A DNA stretch of 52,817 nucleotides from a virus (IMGVR_UViG_3300025301_000016:1-52817); one strand, 5' to 3'. Positions 20,351 to 32,600 are shown, counted from the first letter of the stretch. Notes: generated by a model not told the origin, from the letters alone. Translations and numbers: made by a program.

Positions 20351-20782
20351 ATGAAAAAGGTATTAATACAGCGGTATTTGTCATCAAGAAATGGAGTTCA
20401 ATCCAATGTTTTATGTGGAGATGACCAATGGCATGGCTTAGAAAGACCGTGGATAGACAATCTGCCATTCGAAAGCTGTATTCCTACTGGTACCTATACC
20501 CTTTTGCCGTGGGATTCGCCGCACTTTGGAGCGGCTTACATTTTCATAGGAGGCACCGTAGGTGTAACGGCGCAGGATGGAGAACGATACGCTTGTTTAA
20601 TCCATCCTGCGAATTACACCAATCAGCTTCAGGGATGTCTCGCCTTGGGGATGAAGAAGTCGGACTATCATAAGCCACAAGATTGTGCAGCTGTGTGGTC
20701 AAGTAGAAATGCCTTAAATGACTTTAAAAATAAAGTGGGGTATGAAGACCCCGTGCAAGTAAAAATAGATTGGGTGTATTGA
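20351..20782 (+). CDS. DUF5675-like protein (putative cell-wall enzyme)
   Basis: LERPW...SCIPTGTY...LIHPANYTNQLQGCLALG...SRNAL. Confidence 0.85.
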   Translation: MKKVLIQRYLSSRNGVQSNVLCGDDQWHGLERPWIDNLPFESCIPTGTYTLLPWDSPHFGAAYIFIGGTVGVTAQDGERYACLIHPANYTNQLQGCLALGMKKSDYHKPQDCAAVWSSRNALNDFKNKVGYEDPVQVKIDWVY

Positions 20783-20783
20783 T

Positions 20784-23700
20784 ATGGCTAACGGTAATAA
20801 CACAGCTCGCGTAAGCAATGCTACTAACGGTACCTTTTATGATGAATCTGATTATGCAAGGGTAACTTCTGGCCAAGATACGACTGAGATAGAAAGATCT
20901 AGGGAACAGACTCGGCGATTGGACGAAGAGCGAGAAGAAAGGGAGGCAGAAGAAGCAAGACAGGAGGCAGAGCGAAAGAGAAAAACTGAAGAAAGAACAA
21001 AAAGAAAAAGGAAAGCACAGGATTGGTATAACTCCAATAGCGCACTGCAAAATCCATTGTTGACAGATGGAGATCGACAAAACGCACTTTATATTGCTGA
21101 AAATACTGGCATACCTGAGGCTAGTACATGGCTGAATAATGCAATTAACGCTCGCCAAAGCGAAGCAGATGAAGGTACGGCCAGAGACGAGGCAGACATT
21201 AGGCCAATCGATGTCGAAGAAGAACAAGCCATACAGCCAATAAATGAAGATTATGTGGAGGGCTTGCGTGATGCTGGGTATTCGGAGGAGCAAGTACAAC
21301 AGGTTATTAATCTTTGGAATGATACCGGGAAGATTGATAAGGTAACGCAATTAGTTGAAGGCTTCGTTACTCCAGCGCAAGAAGAGGAAAATAAACAATC
21401 TGCCTACACGGAAGAGGGCGACGAGTTTGATAGGATCAGATCTGGTTTGTGGGATAGATACATAAAGGCTGGCGGAACTGATGATCAGGCAAGCGCGGAT
21501 GAATTCAATCGGATTGCTACAACTCATACTGGCCAGAGGTATGGACTAGAGCCGCTACATGAGAAGTATGTAAATGCTGAAAAACTAGAGGAATGGGTGG
21601 GGGCACAAGAGGATCGTTATAGGATTGCTCAGGACAATGAACAGAAGACTGGCAATTTAAGAGCGCAAAAATATAAAACAGAATTTTTGCCCAAGTGGGA
21701 AGAATTTTCAGCGAGCCCTCGGAACTACTTAACTCCATCGTTGACTAATGAGCAATCAGCTGAATTAATGGAGGTGTATTTAGCGGCTTATAATGACCTT
21801 GATTTATTGGGAGACCCTTCAGATTGGTCACAAGATGCCGAGGGGAATCTTATTCTTCCAGATCAAATCCAAGCTGAAGCCATAAAGAGAGCTAATGAGG
21901 CGTGGGATACATGGCTGGCGCAAAATGCCCCATTAATAACAGAAGAAGCTGACCCTAATGATCCTGATAATCAGTATGGCGGCACTCACACCCTCGATGA
22001 TATTGTAAGGGATCAGCAGGGAAATCCCGTATTAGACGCATCGGGAAATCAGATGAAGATTTATCGCACGGTAGAGGGGGGTCAAGGTTATTATCGCCCA
22101 AGTGAAGGACAAATACAGTGGGTTGATCTTGAAAAGGCGGGACAGGAGGGGCCAGAAGCTGCCATAGAGACCGAGGAGCAAAAGCGAGCTAGGTATGACA
22201 CTAAGGTAACCGAGTATGCAACTGCCTATGGATTAACGGAAGATCAAGTTGCTGAAATGGTGGCCGCTAGTGAAAATGAACTCAATCCATTTGGCAAACT
22301 TGATCTTTGGATACAACAAAGTGGCTTGTTGCCCGTGGCAGATCGTCCAGTGGTTGTTGGGGAGGAGGAGGTTGTTATTGGCGAAGGTGAGCCGGATGAT
22401 GAGCCGGATGAGATTGTCGACCTAGATGATCCTTCTACTTGGGAGCTTGATAAGGACGCGCCTTCGGGCCCCGACATACATGAAAAGAAGGTTGGGAAAA
22501 AGAAAAGGACTAATCAGCCTAAAGATGACGAGGAGGTTATAACTGAGGACGGCGAGCCGGGAGAGTACGATCCAAACGATCCATATGGCACTGTAACCCC
22601 CAAGACTACTATAACAGATGAAGAAGATTCAGATCCTGATGCCGATGTTGTAGATCCAGCAACTGCAATGGCTCAGACGTCAGCTGAAAACAAGGGGCAG
22701 GGATGGGATGCAATAGGTTCGGAGTATATAAAAGAATACAAGAGGATGGGATTAAACGATGATCAGATAAAAACAGTTAATGATTATATGACGGAGAATG
22801 AAGTCGGGCCTGATGACGCTGGCTTAAACGCATATATCGATGGACTCGTTGTTGACAATGCAGTGACAATAGATGACGCAACGGTCAAAACGCGAAATGG
22901 CGAAGATATTGATCCGACAACTGGATTGACTGCAAGTGAAGATGAAATGCTAGAGGAAGCATATGCAGCTGGTGGGCTGGTTAATTTTCTATCGCAAATT
23001 GATGAGTTGCAAGATTCGATTGATTTTTTCTTTGAAGACCCAGAAACTTTATTTGAAGATATATTAAATATGGAGTTTGATTCAGAGGAACTTAATCAAG
23101 CTATTAGAGATGGTGTTAATGTTGCCTTTGAACAAAGGGATGCTCCTTTCTCTGAAACAATAAGCCAAATAGATACTGTTATGCAGGAAATGATAGATTC
23201 TATGGGATATGATCCCGGAGAAATGAGAGAATTGCGACGGGCTAATATTGATCAAGATGTAGACGATGCATATGAACGTATGGCTCGAATGGGGTTATTG
23301 GCCCCCGGCGCTACGGGTGAGTACGACAGGGCTGTAATTGAAATGGAAAAAGAACGAATGCGCCATTACAGAGATGTCGATATCGAAATAAATCAAAAGG
23401 CGTTAGAGGTTGAGGGTCAAAACTTCCAATTATTTACTGATGCGATTACAAAGTTGGGAGATTTGAATCTGTCAGAATACATGTTTACTGGCGACATAAC
23501 AGAACGCGCTTCTCAGTTTGATCGAGATTTCGAATTGCGAAGAACAGAATTGGAGGTTGCAAACCAACAATTCGAAGCAGGGTTGATATCCAGCCATGAA
23601 TTACAGGCAGCAGAATTGGCCTTTAGGCGACAAGAATTAATTCAAGAAAACTATAAATGGGCCACTGATTTCCAGAATCGCCAAGTTGAATTTCAAGCAC

Positions 23701-26700
23701 AATTAGAGCTTTCGCGAGAAGAATTAGAACAAGCACAGAATCAATTTACGTCTGATTTGGCTTTGCGTGATCGTCAGTTTGAAGAAGCGCAAGATCAGTT
23801 TGATGAGCAAATGGAGATCAACCAAAGAGACTTTGACGAGGGCGTGAGAGAAGCCAATAGGCAATTTGAAGAAGCGAAAGCTGTCAGTCAAAGGGACTTT
23901 GATCAATCAAAAAGTGTCAACCAAAGAGACTTTGATCAAAGCGTAAGTGAGGCCGGTAGGCAATTTGAAGAAGCGCAAAGGCAATTCGATCAAGGGATTC
24001 TTACTGAAGAACAGTTAGCCGCGGCTCAAAGATTGCATGAAACAGCTATGCAAACAGCTCAAACGACTCATGACCAAGCTATGCAAGACGCTCAAAGGGT
24101 GCACGAACAAAATCTAAATTCGCTTAACAGGACAAATGAAACAGACTTGCAAGCAAATCAATTGACATTTGATCGAGAAAATTTAAAGGCTGAAACAGAG
24201 ATGGCAAATGCTGACATAAAATATAAAAATAGCACTGTAACTGCAGATAAGGACATGCATTACGCAGAGATGGTCCTAAAGCGCGAAGAATTTCATGAAC
24301 AGAAAATGATTTATTTAAAAGAGAATCAGAAGTATTATGCGGAATTTGCCCAAAGAAAAGAGGAGTGGGATGATTCATTTGGCCTTGACGAAGATAAGTT
24401 TTTTGAAACTGCACGACAGTTTAATGAGCAATTGAAGGAAAGGGTAAAAGAATGGGGTGATCAATTCGGCTTAGACCAAGCACAGCAACAGGCTTTGATC
24501 CGTCAAATTGATAATCAAATTGTGAATTCCACTCGTGAGCTTTCATTGGCTATAGGAACTTCATGGGCTGGCATTACGGGACGAACGGGAACGGGGAAGG
24601 GTACAATTAGCTTTGATGACTTGGGACTTAAGATACCGAGGGCTGAAGTGTTGCAAGCTGCTGAACATGATCCAACTGTTTTATTAGATACAGACGAAGC
24701 TGAGGCATTTCGCGGTGGCTTTCTAGCTATGATGGGCAGAGAGGCAACAGATGAGGAGCTTATAACTTTATTAAATGGCAATTTGCTGGAGATTGAAGAG
24801 GGGATGCCCACATTAGAAGCGCGAGGTATGGCTTCTAATATAATGTCTCAGAATATGGAGCGGTTTGCTAAGTATGGTGCGATAGCCGAAGAGAATGGTT
24901 TAAATAGGGATCAGTTTCAAGCCGCTGTTAGAGAGTCGGATAGGCAGTGGAATCGCTTGACGTTGAATGTGGCTGATGAATTTGGATTGGACAATAACAC
25001 TTTCCGTATGGCTATACACAATCGAAATAATATGCGTCTTAGGGGCAAGGAAGAAAGTCAAATTGACGATTGGTTGCGACTGAAATTTGGCGATGACTTC
25101 GGTGCTTTTTTAAGGGCAGAAGATGCTTTTGACCAAGCTTTTGGATATCAACAATCAGAAATAGCTCGAGCAAACAATTTTGAAGATGAGCAATGGGAAC
25201 AAGCCAAGCATCAGGCTGATTTGCATGAGCAAAAAGTAGAGTCTACTTGGACGGGGATAACCGAAGGTAAGGCTCAGGAAACTGGACAAATTGGAATTAT
25301 GTCTGAGGCCCTGCCTCAAGCGCAGCGATCTTTTGTGGGCCTGTTTCAACAGATTGCCATAGATCCGGCGATGAGCGGAGCAGAGGTTGCCTATGAATTA
25401 AAAGACTTGCCTGAAGTAATGGAAACTCGGGAAATGATAGAAAATGCTTATGGCAAGTTAAATGATACAGATTGGAACAAATTGGTTGTGGATATGTATG
25501 AGTCATTCCGAGGGTCATATTCTTACAGTGATCCAGCAACGGTCGAATTCGAGTTTCCTGAGGATCTGGGCTTAGGTCGTCCCGTTTGGGGAACTAAAGG
25601 TGATAGGGGTACTGTACGCGGCGCCATCCCATGGTCTAAAAAGAATCCCGGTCAGAAATTCAGAGATAAGGCAATGCGTGACTGGAATGCGGGCCTTGAT
25701 TATACCGACGAACAGATCCAGTTGTTCGGATTTTTGCCGGGCATGGATATAGGGGGGTTTATAGAAGCATCAGCAGATGGCAATAAAGAGAGAGCGCGGG
25801 AATTTTTAAAAGTTTCGGCAGGCCCCGGTTGGGCCACTCAAAAGGCTGTTGATGCGGTTTTTGACTTTGCCTTTGGCAAGGATAAAACTCAACTTGAGGA
25901 GTTGATCGAGGACTTAGGCAAGGAATGGAGCGCTCATAAAGACATAATGAATGGTATGTTCGAGCGTTATTATAGTGGAATAGAAGACGGCACTTTGGAT
26001 ATGCGAGATCCAGCAACTGGAGAAAAGTGGGAGTTGCCTAGAAGGTCTAAATTTGTAAAACCACGCCTTTATCGAGATTGGTTTCAGGCTGCGGCAGGTG
26101 AGGAATACGCAGGATATCCTACTATCGAAATCCCCGGCCAGCAAAGATATGTAGGAATGCTTGCGATGTCTCAGGATCTTATGAAGGGGATGGAGGTGGA
26201 CGTTGAGGTGACTTACATAGATGAATTTGGGGATCAACACAAGAAATTGTTAACGATACCGCCAAGGCAAGAAGGTGAACGGGTGCCGTGGGAAGAAAGG
26301 GCAGATTACCTTAAGCGGAGCGTAGAAGGTGAACTGACAAATATAGTGGGCACAGTGGATGAGTTGGGACAAGAAGAGTTTGACGCTCGACACCACGCTT
26401 TTTTTGGAGAGGAGGCGGGCCCCGGAACGTTTGTTGACGCAAACGGCAAGCTTGTGAAAGCGCTTTATGGAGTATCCTCTGACGCAGCACGGGCTCTGGC
26501 TTCTACAGGGGTTTATGAATGGGAGAGCCAAGGAAGACGATGGTCGGTGAGCATAGAAGAACTTCCCTTCTTAGCTGAGCGGGAAGAGTTCAAGCGAATG
26601 CAAGGAGGGTGGAACTTAAAGGGGGATGTTGACACTACGGGAGATGGCTTGACTTTTGAGCACGTAAATGCCGACTGGCTTACGGAATTAATAACGACAA

Positions 26701-27110
26701 ACCCAGATATTGTGCAATCATTGTTTGCTTTAATAAACGGTGGCAATTTCTCGCCAGAAAGACAGGGAGCAGCAATAGCTGCTGGCGGTGATGGGAGTGG
26801 GAGTGGTGCCCAAGATTTTGGACAAATGATTGGACAGAACTTACCGGCGATATTATCGCTTGCACCGCAGATACTACCATTGCTAGGTGGATCTGATCCC
26901 GGAATGAAAGAGAATATTAAACTCCTCAGGCAATCTCCTGCCGGATTGAATATATATGAGTTTACATATAAACCGGGACTTGGTCCTGTAGGAGTTTATG
27001 AGGGCGTGATGTCTACTGAGATACCATCTGAGGCAGTATTAAAAGTCCCCGGTGAATTTGATAGAGTGTTCTATAACAAGATTGATGTTGACTTTAAAAG
27101 AGTAGGATAA
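20784..27110 (+). CDS. 2108-aa internal virion/ejection protein with 11-residue repeats and a C-terminal S74-like chaperone domain
   Basis: RQFEEA/RDFDQ repeats; C-terminal SDPGMKENI...GLNIYEFTY...GVM. Confidence 0.75.
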   Translation: MANGNNTARVSNATNGTFYDESDYARVTSGQDTTEIERSREQTRRLDEEREEREAEEARQEAERKRKTEERTKRKRKAQDWYNSNSALQNPLLTDGDRQNALYIAENTGIPEASTWLNNAINARQSEADEGTARDEADIRPIDVEEEQAIQPINEDYVEGLRDAGYSEEQVQQVINLWNDTGKIDKVTQLVEGFVTPAQEEENKQSAYTEEGDEFDRIRSGLWDRYIKAGGTDDQASADEFNRIATTHTGQRYGLEPLHEKYVNAEKLEEWVGAQEDRYRIAQDNEQKTGNLRAQKYKTEFLPKWEEFSASPRNYLTPSLTNEQSAELMEVYLAAYNDLDLLGDPSDWSQDAEGNLILPDQIQAEAIKRANEAWDTWLAQNAPLITEEADPNDPDNQYGGTHTLDDIVRDQQGNPVLDASGNQMKIYRTVEGGQGYYRPSEGQIQWVDLEKAGQEGPEAAIETEEQKRARYDTKVTEYATAYGLTEDQVAEMVAASENELNPFGKLDLWIQQSGLLPVADRPVVVGEEEVVIGEGEPDDEPDEIVDLDDPSTWELDKDAPSGPDIHEKKVGKKKRTNQPKDDEEVITEDGEPGEYDPNDPYGTVTPKTTITDEEDSDPDADVVDPATAMAQTSAENKGQGWDAIGSEYIKEYKRMGLNDDQIKTVNDYMTENEVGPDDAGLNAYIDGLVVDNAVTIDDATVKTRNGEDIDPTTGLTASEDEMLEEAYAAGGLVNFLSQIDELQDSIDFFFEDPETLFEDILNMEFDSEELNQAIRDGVNVAFEQRDAPFSETISQIDTVMQEMIDSMGYDPGEMRELRRANIDQDVDDAYERMARMGLLAPGATGEYDRAVIEMEKERMRHYRDVDIEINQKALEVEGQNFQLFTDAITKLGDLNLSEYMFTGDITERASQFDRDFELRRTELEVANQQFEAGLISSHELQAAELAFRRQELIQENYKWATDFQNRQVEFQAQLELSREELEQAQNQFTSDLALRDRQFEEAQDQFDEQMEINQRDFDEGVREANRQFEEAKAVSQRDFDQSKSVNQRDFDQSVSEAGRQFEEAQRQFDQGILTEEQLAAAQRLHETAMQTAQTTHDQAMQDAQRVHEQNLNSLNRTNETDLQANQLTFDRENLKAETEMANADIKYKNSTVTADKDMHYAEMVLKREEFHEQKMIYLKENQKYYAEFAQRKEEWDDSFGLDEDKFFETARQFNEQLKERVKEWGDQFGLDQAQQQALIRQIDNQIVNSTRELSLAIGTSWAGITGRTGTGKGTISFDDLGLKIPRAEVLQAAEHDPTVLLDTDEAEAFRGGFLAMMGREATDEELITLLNGNLLEIEEGMPTLEARGMASNIMSQNMERFAKYGAIAEENGLNRDQFQAAVRESDRQWNRLTLNVADEFGLDNNTFRMAIHNRNNMRLRGKEESQIDDWLRLKFGDDFGAFLRAEDAFDQAFGYQQSEIARANNFEDEQWEQAKHQADLHEQKVESTWTGITEGKAQETGQIGIMSEALPQAQRSFVGLFQQIAIDPAMSGAEVAYELKDLPEVMETREMIENAYGKLNDTDWNKLVVDMYESFRGSYSYSDPATVEFEFPEDLGLGRPVWGTKGDRGTVRGAIPWSKKNPGQKFRDKAMRDWNAGLDYTDEQIQLFGFLPGMDIGGFIEASADGNKERAREFLKVSAGPGWATQKAVDAVFDFAFGKDKTQLEELIEDLGKEWSAHKDIMNGMFERYYSGIEDGTLDMRDPATGEKWELPRRSKFVKPRLYRDWFQAAAGEEYAGYPTIEIPGQQRYVGMLAMSQDLMKGMEVDVEVTYIDEFGDQHKKLLTIPPRQEGERVPWEERADYLKRSVEGELTNIVGTVDELGQEEFDARHHAFFGEEAGPGTFVDANGKLVKALYGVSSDAARALASTGVYEWESQGRRWSVSIEELPFLAEREEFKRMQGGWNLKGDVDTTGDGLTFEHVNADWLTELITTNPDIVQSLFALINGGNFSPERQGAAIAAGGDGSGSGAQDFGQMIGQNLPAILSLAPQILPLLGGSDPGMKENIKLLRQSPAGLNIYEFTYKPGLGPVGVYEGVMSTEIPSEAVLKVPGEFDRVFYNKIDVDFKRVG

Positions 27111-27115
27111 TTTAA

Positions 27116-29590
27116 ATGGCTTTCTTTGATAAATTAGGGGATTTCGCTACTGGCTTCGTGCAAGGCGCAGCCCAGAGTATGCCAGCTCATTGGGAAACGC
27201 AGCGCAGGGAAGCGAGGAGGGATGAAGAGTTAGCAGAAAATAGAAGAAGGCAAGATAGAAATGATCTTTTTAATACAACTATACAAAGTAACAGTCCAGA
27301 AGCTTTGCAAATGTTGTATGATGCAGATCCAGATTATGGTGAACAGGCTGCCGCCATGATGGCAGAGAGGGAACGAGTGAAGATTCGTGAGTATGCAGAA
27401 ACTCAAGACCAGATTACAAATAGGTTCAATTCTTATATGCTTTCTAATCCCTCTTATCAAGAATGGGACGAGGCCAATGTCATTGCTGGTGATCTAGATA
27501 AGTTGAATCTATATCGTGGCCGCCAAGACACCTCTTGGCGGAATTTAAATCGATACTCAGAAATAGTTGGCCAAGATTACATAGGAGATATGACTCAACC
27601 CTTGTACTCCGAAGCTGATGTCGATGAATTTAATGAACTCATTTCTGGAAGAAAACGAGCAATCTTAGATTCCAATTTAACAGAAGGCCAAGCCGCAGAG
27701 CTTATAAGACGTGGTCAGGAGATGAAGGATACGGCTCTGATAGACAGAGGATATGATATGCTGAGGTTGACTCAGCAGGGCTCAAAATTTCAGGGCAAAT
27801 GGGTTCCACTTGGACATTATTCTGACGCATACATTAAACAAGGAATGGATTCTGAGCGAATACATATAAAAAACCAACAGCTTTTGGATATAGCGGCCAT
27901 AGATCCATATAGAGCAGAGGAAATGCTGGAGCGGTCTGCAAGTGATGGGGTTCCATACAATAGACATGTGATTGATAGGGTAGGCGCGCTTGTAGGTATT
28001 AAGGATAGCGGTAAAGATGATCAATGGATAGAGAAATTACTTTCTGATAACCAATTTGAAGCGGCAATGGATTATGTGACACAGGAGGAGTTGAGCCCTA
28101 GCATGGCGCGCCAGCAAGGCAGGTGGGTAACGAGAATTTTAGACCTTGAGGATAATTGGAATGACACAAGAATGGATGCAGGGTTTCGAGCGTTTAGACA
28201 GGAAGTCTCGTCTGAATATGATAAGCTTGCAGGACGCGAATGGAATAACTTGACTCAAGATTTCATACACGCAGGAGGCGAGGCTCGACATGCAACGGAA
28301 AAGCCGGCGACTTATCGTCAGGCTAAGATGAATGTTATACAGCGATTTCATAACAGCTTATCAAGAACAGAAAGAGATATAGCTGCGCGTGTCGCATTGC
28401 AAGGAATGGCACAAGGGTATCATGGCAGTCCATCGCAGGCCATTGCTAATAAAATTATTATTGATGTTAGGTCTATGATGGAGGAAAAGGGCCTTGATCC
28501 AGATGAAGAGGGGATCGCCGCTGTGTCGGAGCCAGTTGATGGTTTCCAGCCATCCAGCATGGAGCTTACCCCTGAGCAGGAAGTGAAAAATGAAATTGAG
28601 AGTTGGCAGGATAAGGTCCGGTCTATTAGAGGCATGTCCATGCAAGAAAGGCAGGAAGTTTTAAATATATTAGAAGCCACGTATGGAGAAAGGTTTGGCA
28701 TAGAGGCGGGATATTCCTTTATGCGGAAAGAAGATCCTACAACTCTCCAGCAAGTAGAAATAGAAACTATGTTGGGTCCGAAGTTTTTAGGTAACTATTT
28801 AAGAGGAGACCTTCCATATCAAAGTAGTAGAATACAGCAAGTAAACCTTGCTAATTGGATGGAAGAGAAAAGCACGAGCCTTATTAGTAGAGATACAAGA
28901 GGCATGGATGATTCCGAAAAGAATGACGCAAAAAGAGAGATACTGGAGGGCTTAATGTCTTCCGTTAGATATGGAGTAATGCCTTATAATACTGACATAA
29001 AAAAAGTTAGTGATGATATTTGGGAGGCGGTGATGGGCGCCGAGCAAGTTCCATTAAAGGCAAAGGCTGCAAAATTTGAAGAGGTAGCCGATCCGGGAAT
29101 GGAAGTAGATATTTTTGCAGGCGTTGACGATGCAGCAGGGGATGCTATGGAGGCTGATCCTACTGCCAAGCAATTGGGAGCGGGTGGATATACTTGGCGT
29201 AAGGAAGAAAGAGATAGTATGCTGAATGAAGGCTTGCCAGCACAGGAGCGCTTTTTAAAGCAAGAAGAAGACAAGTATAAGAGGGAGTATATTGATAAGG
29301 GTGAATACAACGAGAAAACAGAAGAGTATCTTGAAGGCTTGCGAGGTAACATAGAACGGACGAAGGAAAGAATCCTGCAATTGGAAGACGAATTGAACCT
29401 TCCTGCTGGTCAGCGTTCAAATTTCGAAGGCATTATAGCTGATCAACCAAGGCTTCCGGGTAACATAGCTAAAGTTTTAGGAAATGTACAGACAAGAGGT
29501 GCACGAGGAGGAGGCGCGACAGAAGTCTCGGATGCCACTCAAGGCGGCAATAGGTATCCAGTGCGCTATCAGCCAGAGTTGGGTCGATAA
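27116..29590 (+). CDS. Putative internal virion/ejection protein
   Basis: N-terminal LGDFATGFVQGAAQ followed by a charged helix; lies between two giant ORFs. Confidence 0.65.
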   Translation: MAFFDKLGDFATGFVQGAAQSMPAHWETQRREARRDEELAENRRRQDRNDLFNTTIQSNSPEALQMLYDADPDYGEQAAAMMAERERVKIREYAETQDQITNRFNSYMLSNPSYQEWDEANVIAGDLDKLNLYRGRQDTSWRNLNRYSEIVGQDYIGDMTQPLYSEADVDEFNELISGRKRAILDSNLTEGQAAELIRRGQEMKDTALIDRGYDMLRLTQQGSKFQGKWVPLGHYSDAYIKQGMDSERIHIKNQQLLDIAAIDPYRAEEMLERSASDGVPYNRHVIDRVGALVGIKDSGKDDQWIEKLLSDNQFEAAMDYVTQEELSPSMARQQGRWVTRILDLEDNWNDTRMDAGFRAFRQEVSSEYDKLAGREWNNLTQDFIHAGGEARHATEKPATYRQAKMNVIQRFHNSLSRTERDIAARVALQGMAQGYHGSPSQAIANKIIIDVRSMMEEKGLDPDEEGIAAVSEPVDGFQPSSMELTPEQEVKNEIESWQDKVRSIRGMSMQERQEVLNILEATYGERFGIEAGYSFMRKEDPTTLQQVEIETMLGPKFLGNYLRGDLPYQSSRIQQVNLANWMEEKSTSLISRDTRGMDDSEKNDAKREILEGLMSSVRYGVMPYNTDIKKVSDDIWEAVMGAEQVPLKAKAAKFEEVADPGMEVDIFAGVDDAAGDAMEADPTAKQLGAGGYTWRKEERDSMLNEGLPAQERFLKQEEDKYKREYIDKGEYNEKTEEYLEGLRGNIERTKERILQLEDELNLPAGQRSNFEGIIADQPRLPGNIAKVLGNVQTRGARGGGATEVSDATQGGNRYPVRYQPELGR

Positions 29591-29608
29591 TAAAATAGAA
29601 AGAATCAC

Positions 29609-32600
29609 ATGAGCATTTTAGAACAGGTCGCACAGTTACCAAAGTTTGGCGTTGACACTCCATTTTATACTGCCGACGACTTGGATCCTGATGATGGTGT
29701 ATATAGTTCAAGGGATTACAATGCCTATGAAGGCGACTTAGTCAATATAGATGCAGGCTTCATGGACTTGATGGAGACCCGACCTCGAAGGGACTCTAGA
29801 GTCTATCCTAATACTGGCTTAAGTACACGAGCAAGGACGCCGGGTGAAGATCGAGCTGAAAGATCGGCTGTTACTGAGTTTAGAAATAATGCCGAGTGGA
29901 TTCGACAAATGGGCTTGGAGGACACCTATAATCGCGACATGGCCGTAGCTAACAATGAAGTGTTCCCCGGAAGCATGGCCACTTTTACCGATGGACTCTT
30001 TGATTTTCTCCAAGCTGGTAATTTTGCAACGGCCACAGGAGTGGATGAATTTTTCGATCATTACAATCGCACTGGTGGAGACTTTTTTGATAGTGCGTAC
30101 GAGGGCTTCAAGCAAGCAGCAATTGAATTTTCCGATGCATTTACGCCAGACTTTTATACAGATGGCAGGGCTAGGAAGATGGTTTTTGGGGATGTTCTCA
30201 GGGATCATTTTGGATTTGAAGATAGTGAAAACCAGATGTTTTATGAGTCTGGCACGGCCGTAGCTGGATTATTCTTAGACATCTTCTTAGATCCATTGAC
30301 CTACACTGGGTATGGATTGGGCAAATCCTTAAGGATGTTTCGTGGCATTTCTCCGGTACAACATGCGGAACGGTACATAAAGCATACTGCTCCCGGACGA
30401 GCTTTCCGCGCTAAGTTTGTTCCCAAGTCCTTGCTAAAGGGTTTGCAAGAAGGGGAAAATGCAGAAGACATTGCTGCCTTTATGAATGGCAGATTAAAAG
30501 AGGGCGGCACCCCAATAACTGCTGACGAGGTAAAAGAATCAGCTGCAGAAGTTCTTGCTTCTTTGGGCACCAGAGAGCAAACAATACAAATGGAAGAGCA
30601 GTTATTGCAGCAAGAATTGGTAAATCTTTTTTCGGGGTTTAACAATGCTGAATTGCGGCTGATGGGAACATACATGTTAGATCAGCCTAATTTTGGCAAG
30701 GTGATTAGGGAGCAGCTGAATATTAGCGATAAGCAAAAGCAGAGAATGGAAGATGCTGTTGGAACTTTTCGTAAGACATTAGATAAATGGTTTAACAATG
30801 AAGTTAGTGTAGGTCTTTTATCTGAGAATCAAATGCGCTCTAACTACGCCATGGCGCTTGCAACGCAAACTGGTGAGTCAAAGGCCCTGTTTGAGCTTAT
30901 GGCACGAATACGATTTGGTAGCTTGTCTGGCAAGTTTATGGACGATATAGCTCCGGGGTATAGTGTAGGGACAAAAAATGGGATAGCGTTTTTTGAAAAA
31001 GAAAAGGGATATCCAACATTAATATCTCGTATGCTTGATGGCATTAATACGGAATCAAACATTGCCTTGTCTGGCTCAAAGCGTGGCATAGAAAGTATCC
31101 GACGTATTAATACTAAAAAGTTATTCGATACCGTTCTATCGGATGATCGCATTGCCATGAAGATAGACGATGGCATTGCCAGAGATAGATTTCATCCACT
31201 ACATGATGATTTAAAGAAGTATGGAATGAAAATGTGGTCCGGTCCCGTAGGGGACTTGGGAGATACGGTTACGTATGCACTACCTGAAGCGCTGGTGGAT
31301 CATCTAGATGAAGCTAATAAAGTATTCTCTGACCCTTCAGAGTTGAATGGATTCTGGAAAGGCTTTAAGGATGTGCAAAACATCTGGAAGTCATATGCCT
31401 TAATGTCTCCCGGTTATCATATGCGAAATATGTATTCCAATGTTTTTAATAATGCAATAGCTGGTGTTAAAAATCCCAAACAATATGCAGCCGGGATGGT
31501 AATGCAAGTAGAGGATACGTCCAAATTGCCATGGTCTGTTCGATCAATGGTTGAATTTATATTGGGCGGTCATAAAACATTGGATACCATAAAGTTCCCC
31601 GGAAAAGATCCAGATACTGGCGAGCAAGTAATGCTAACGGGTCGCGAGCTTAAAGACGCAGGGATGGCGCAAGGGATAGGGGCTGGCGGCCTGTATGCCC
31701 ATGAAGGACCGGCGACTGTGGAGTCCGAATTATTACGACAGTTTGGTGGAGTCCTGCGAACTCCAGATGGTTTTGACATTAAAACTATGGAGGATACGTG
31801 GGGGAAGACAGCTGACCGTCGTCGTGAAATGGCTAACATGATTCGCAAGGCTGCTCCTCAAGTTACAGATAAGCAGGCATTAGACACTGCGTCTATTTAT
31901 GATACAATCGCAGCGCGATGGGCCTTGCAGCGTGGCCTAACTCCAAAGGATTTCTATAGAGAAAATCTTTCAGAAATTCTTCCGGGCTTGCCCCCCGGCC
32001 TTGAACTCGATGAGCCTTCAAGAAATTTACTATTTGACAAGCTCGAGATGGGTGAATTTTACAATCGAGTGCAAAGACATATTGACACGCAGTTTGAACG
32101 ACATGCTTCTCAGTCTAAAAAGCCTATGAATGCACAGACTCTTTTAGACTCTTTGCAAACGACGAAGATGAAAGGGGAAAAAGAAGTTTCTATTTCAAGG
32201 CCCTTTAAGCAAAGGGACGTCGATTGGACGGGGGTACAAAAGTTTCTGGAAAGGCGTATTGATGACTGGACGGAACACAAGGAAGCTTGGAACAATCTTA
32301 GTGACGCTGAAAGGGCAAATTCAAAGGCTCCTACTAAGGTTCCTCATGTAGACAGGGCGGCCGTTAATGCTTGGCTGAGTTCTAAGGAAGGATTTAAAAA
32401 AGGCAGGATAACAACGCGGTTAAAGAATGGAAGGGGACAAGAGGGATGGGAGTCGGCAACCATAGATGCTGCCCTTAAAGCTGTCACGCGTAAATATGGA
32501 TCTAAAGGCAAGCCAAGAATAACTACGCCAACCGTAGGAAAGGTGCTTGAAGACAAAACGGCCATATCCACTAGAGAACAACTTCAGCACCGAGTAGATG

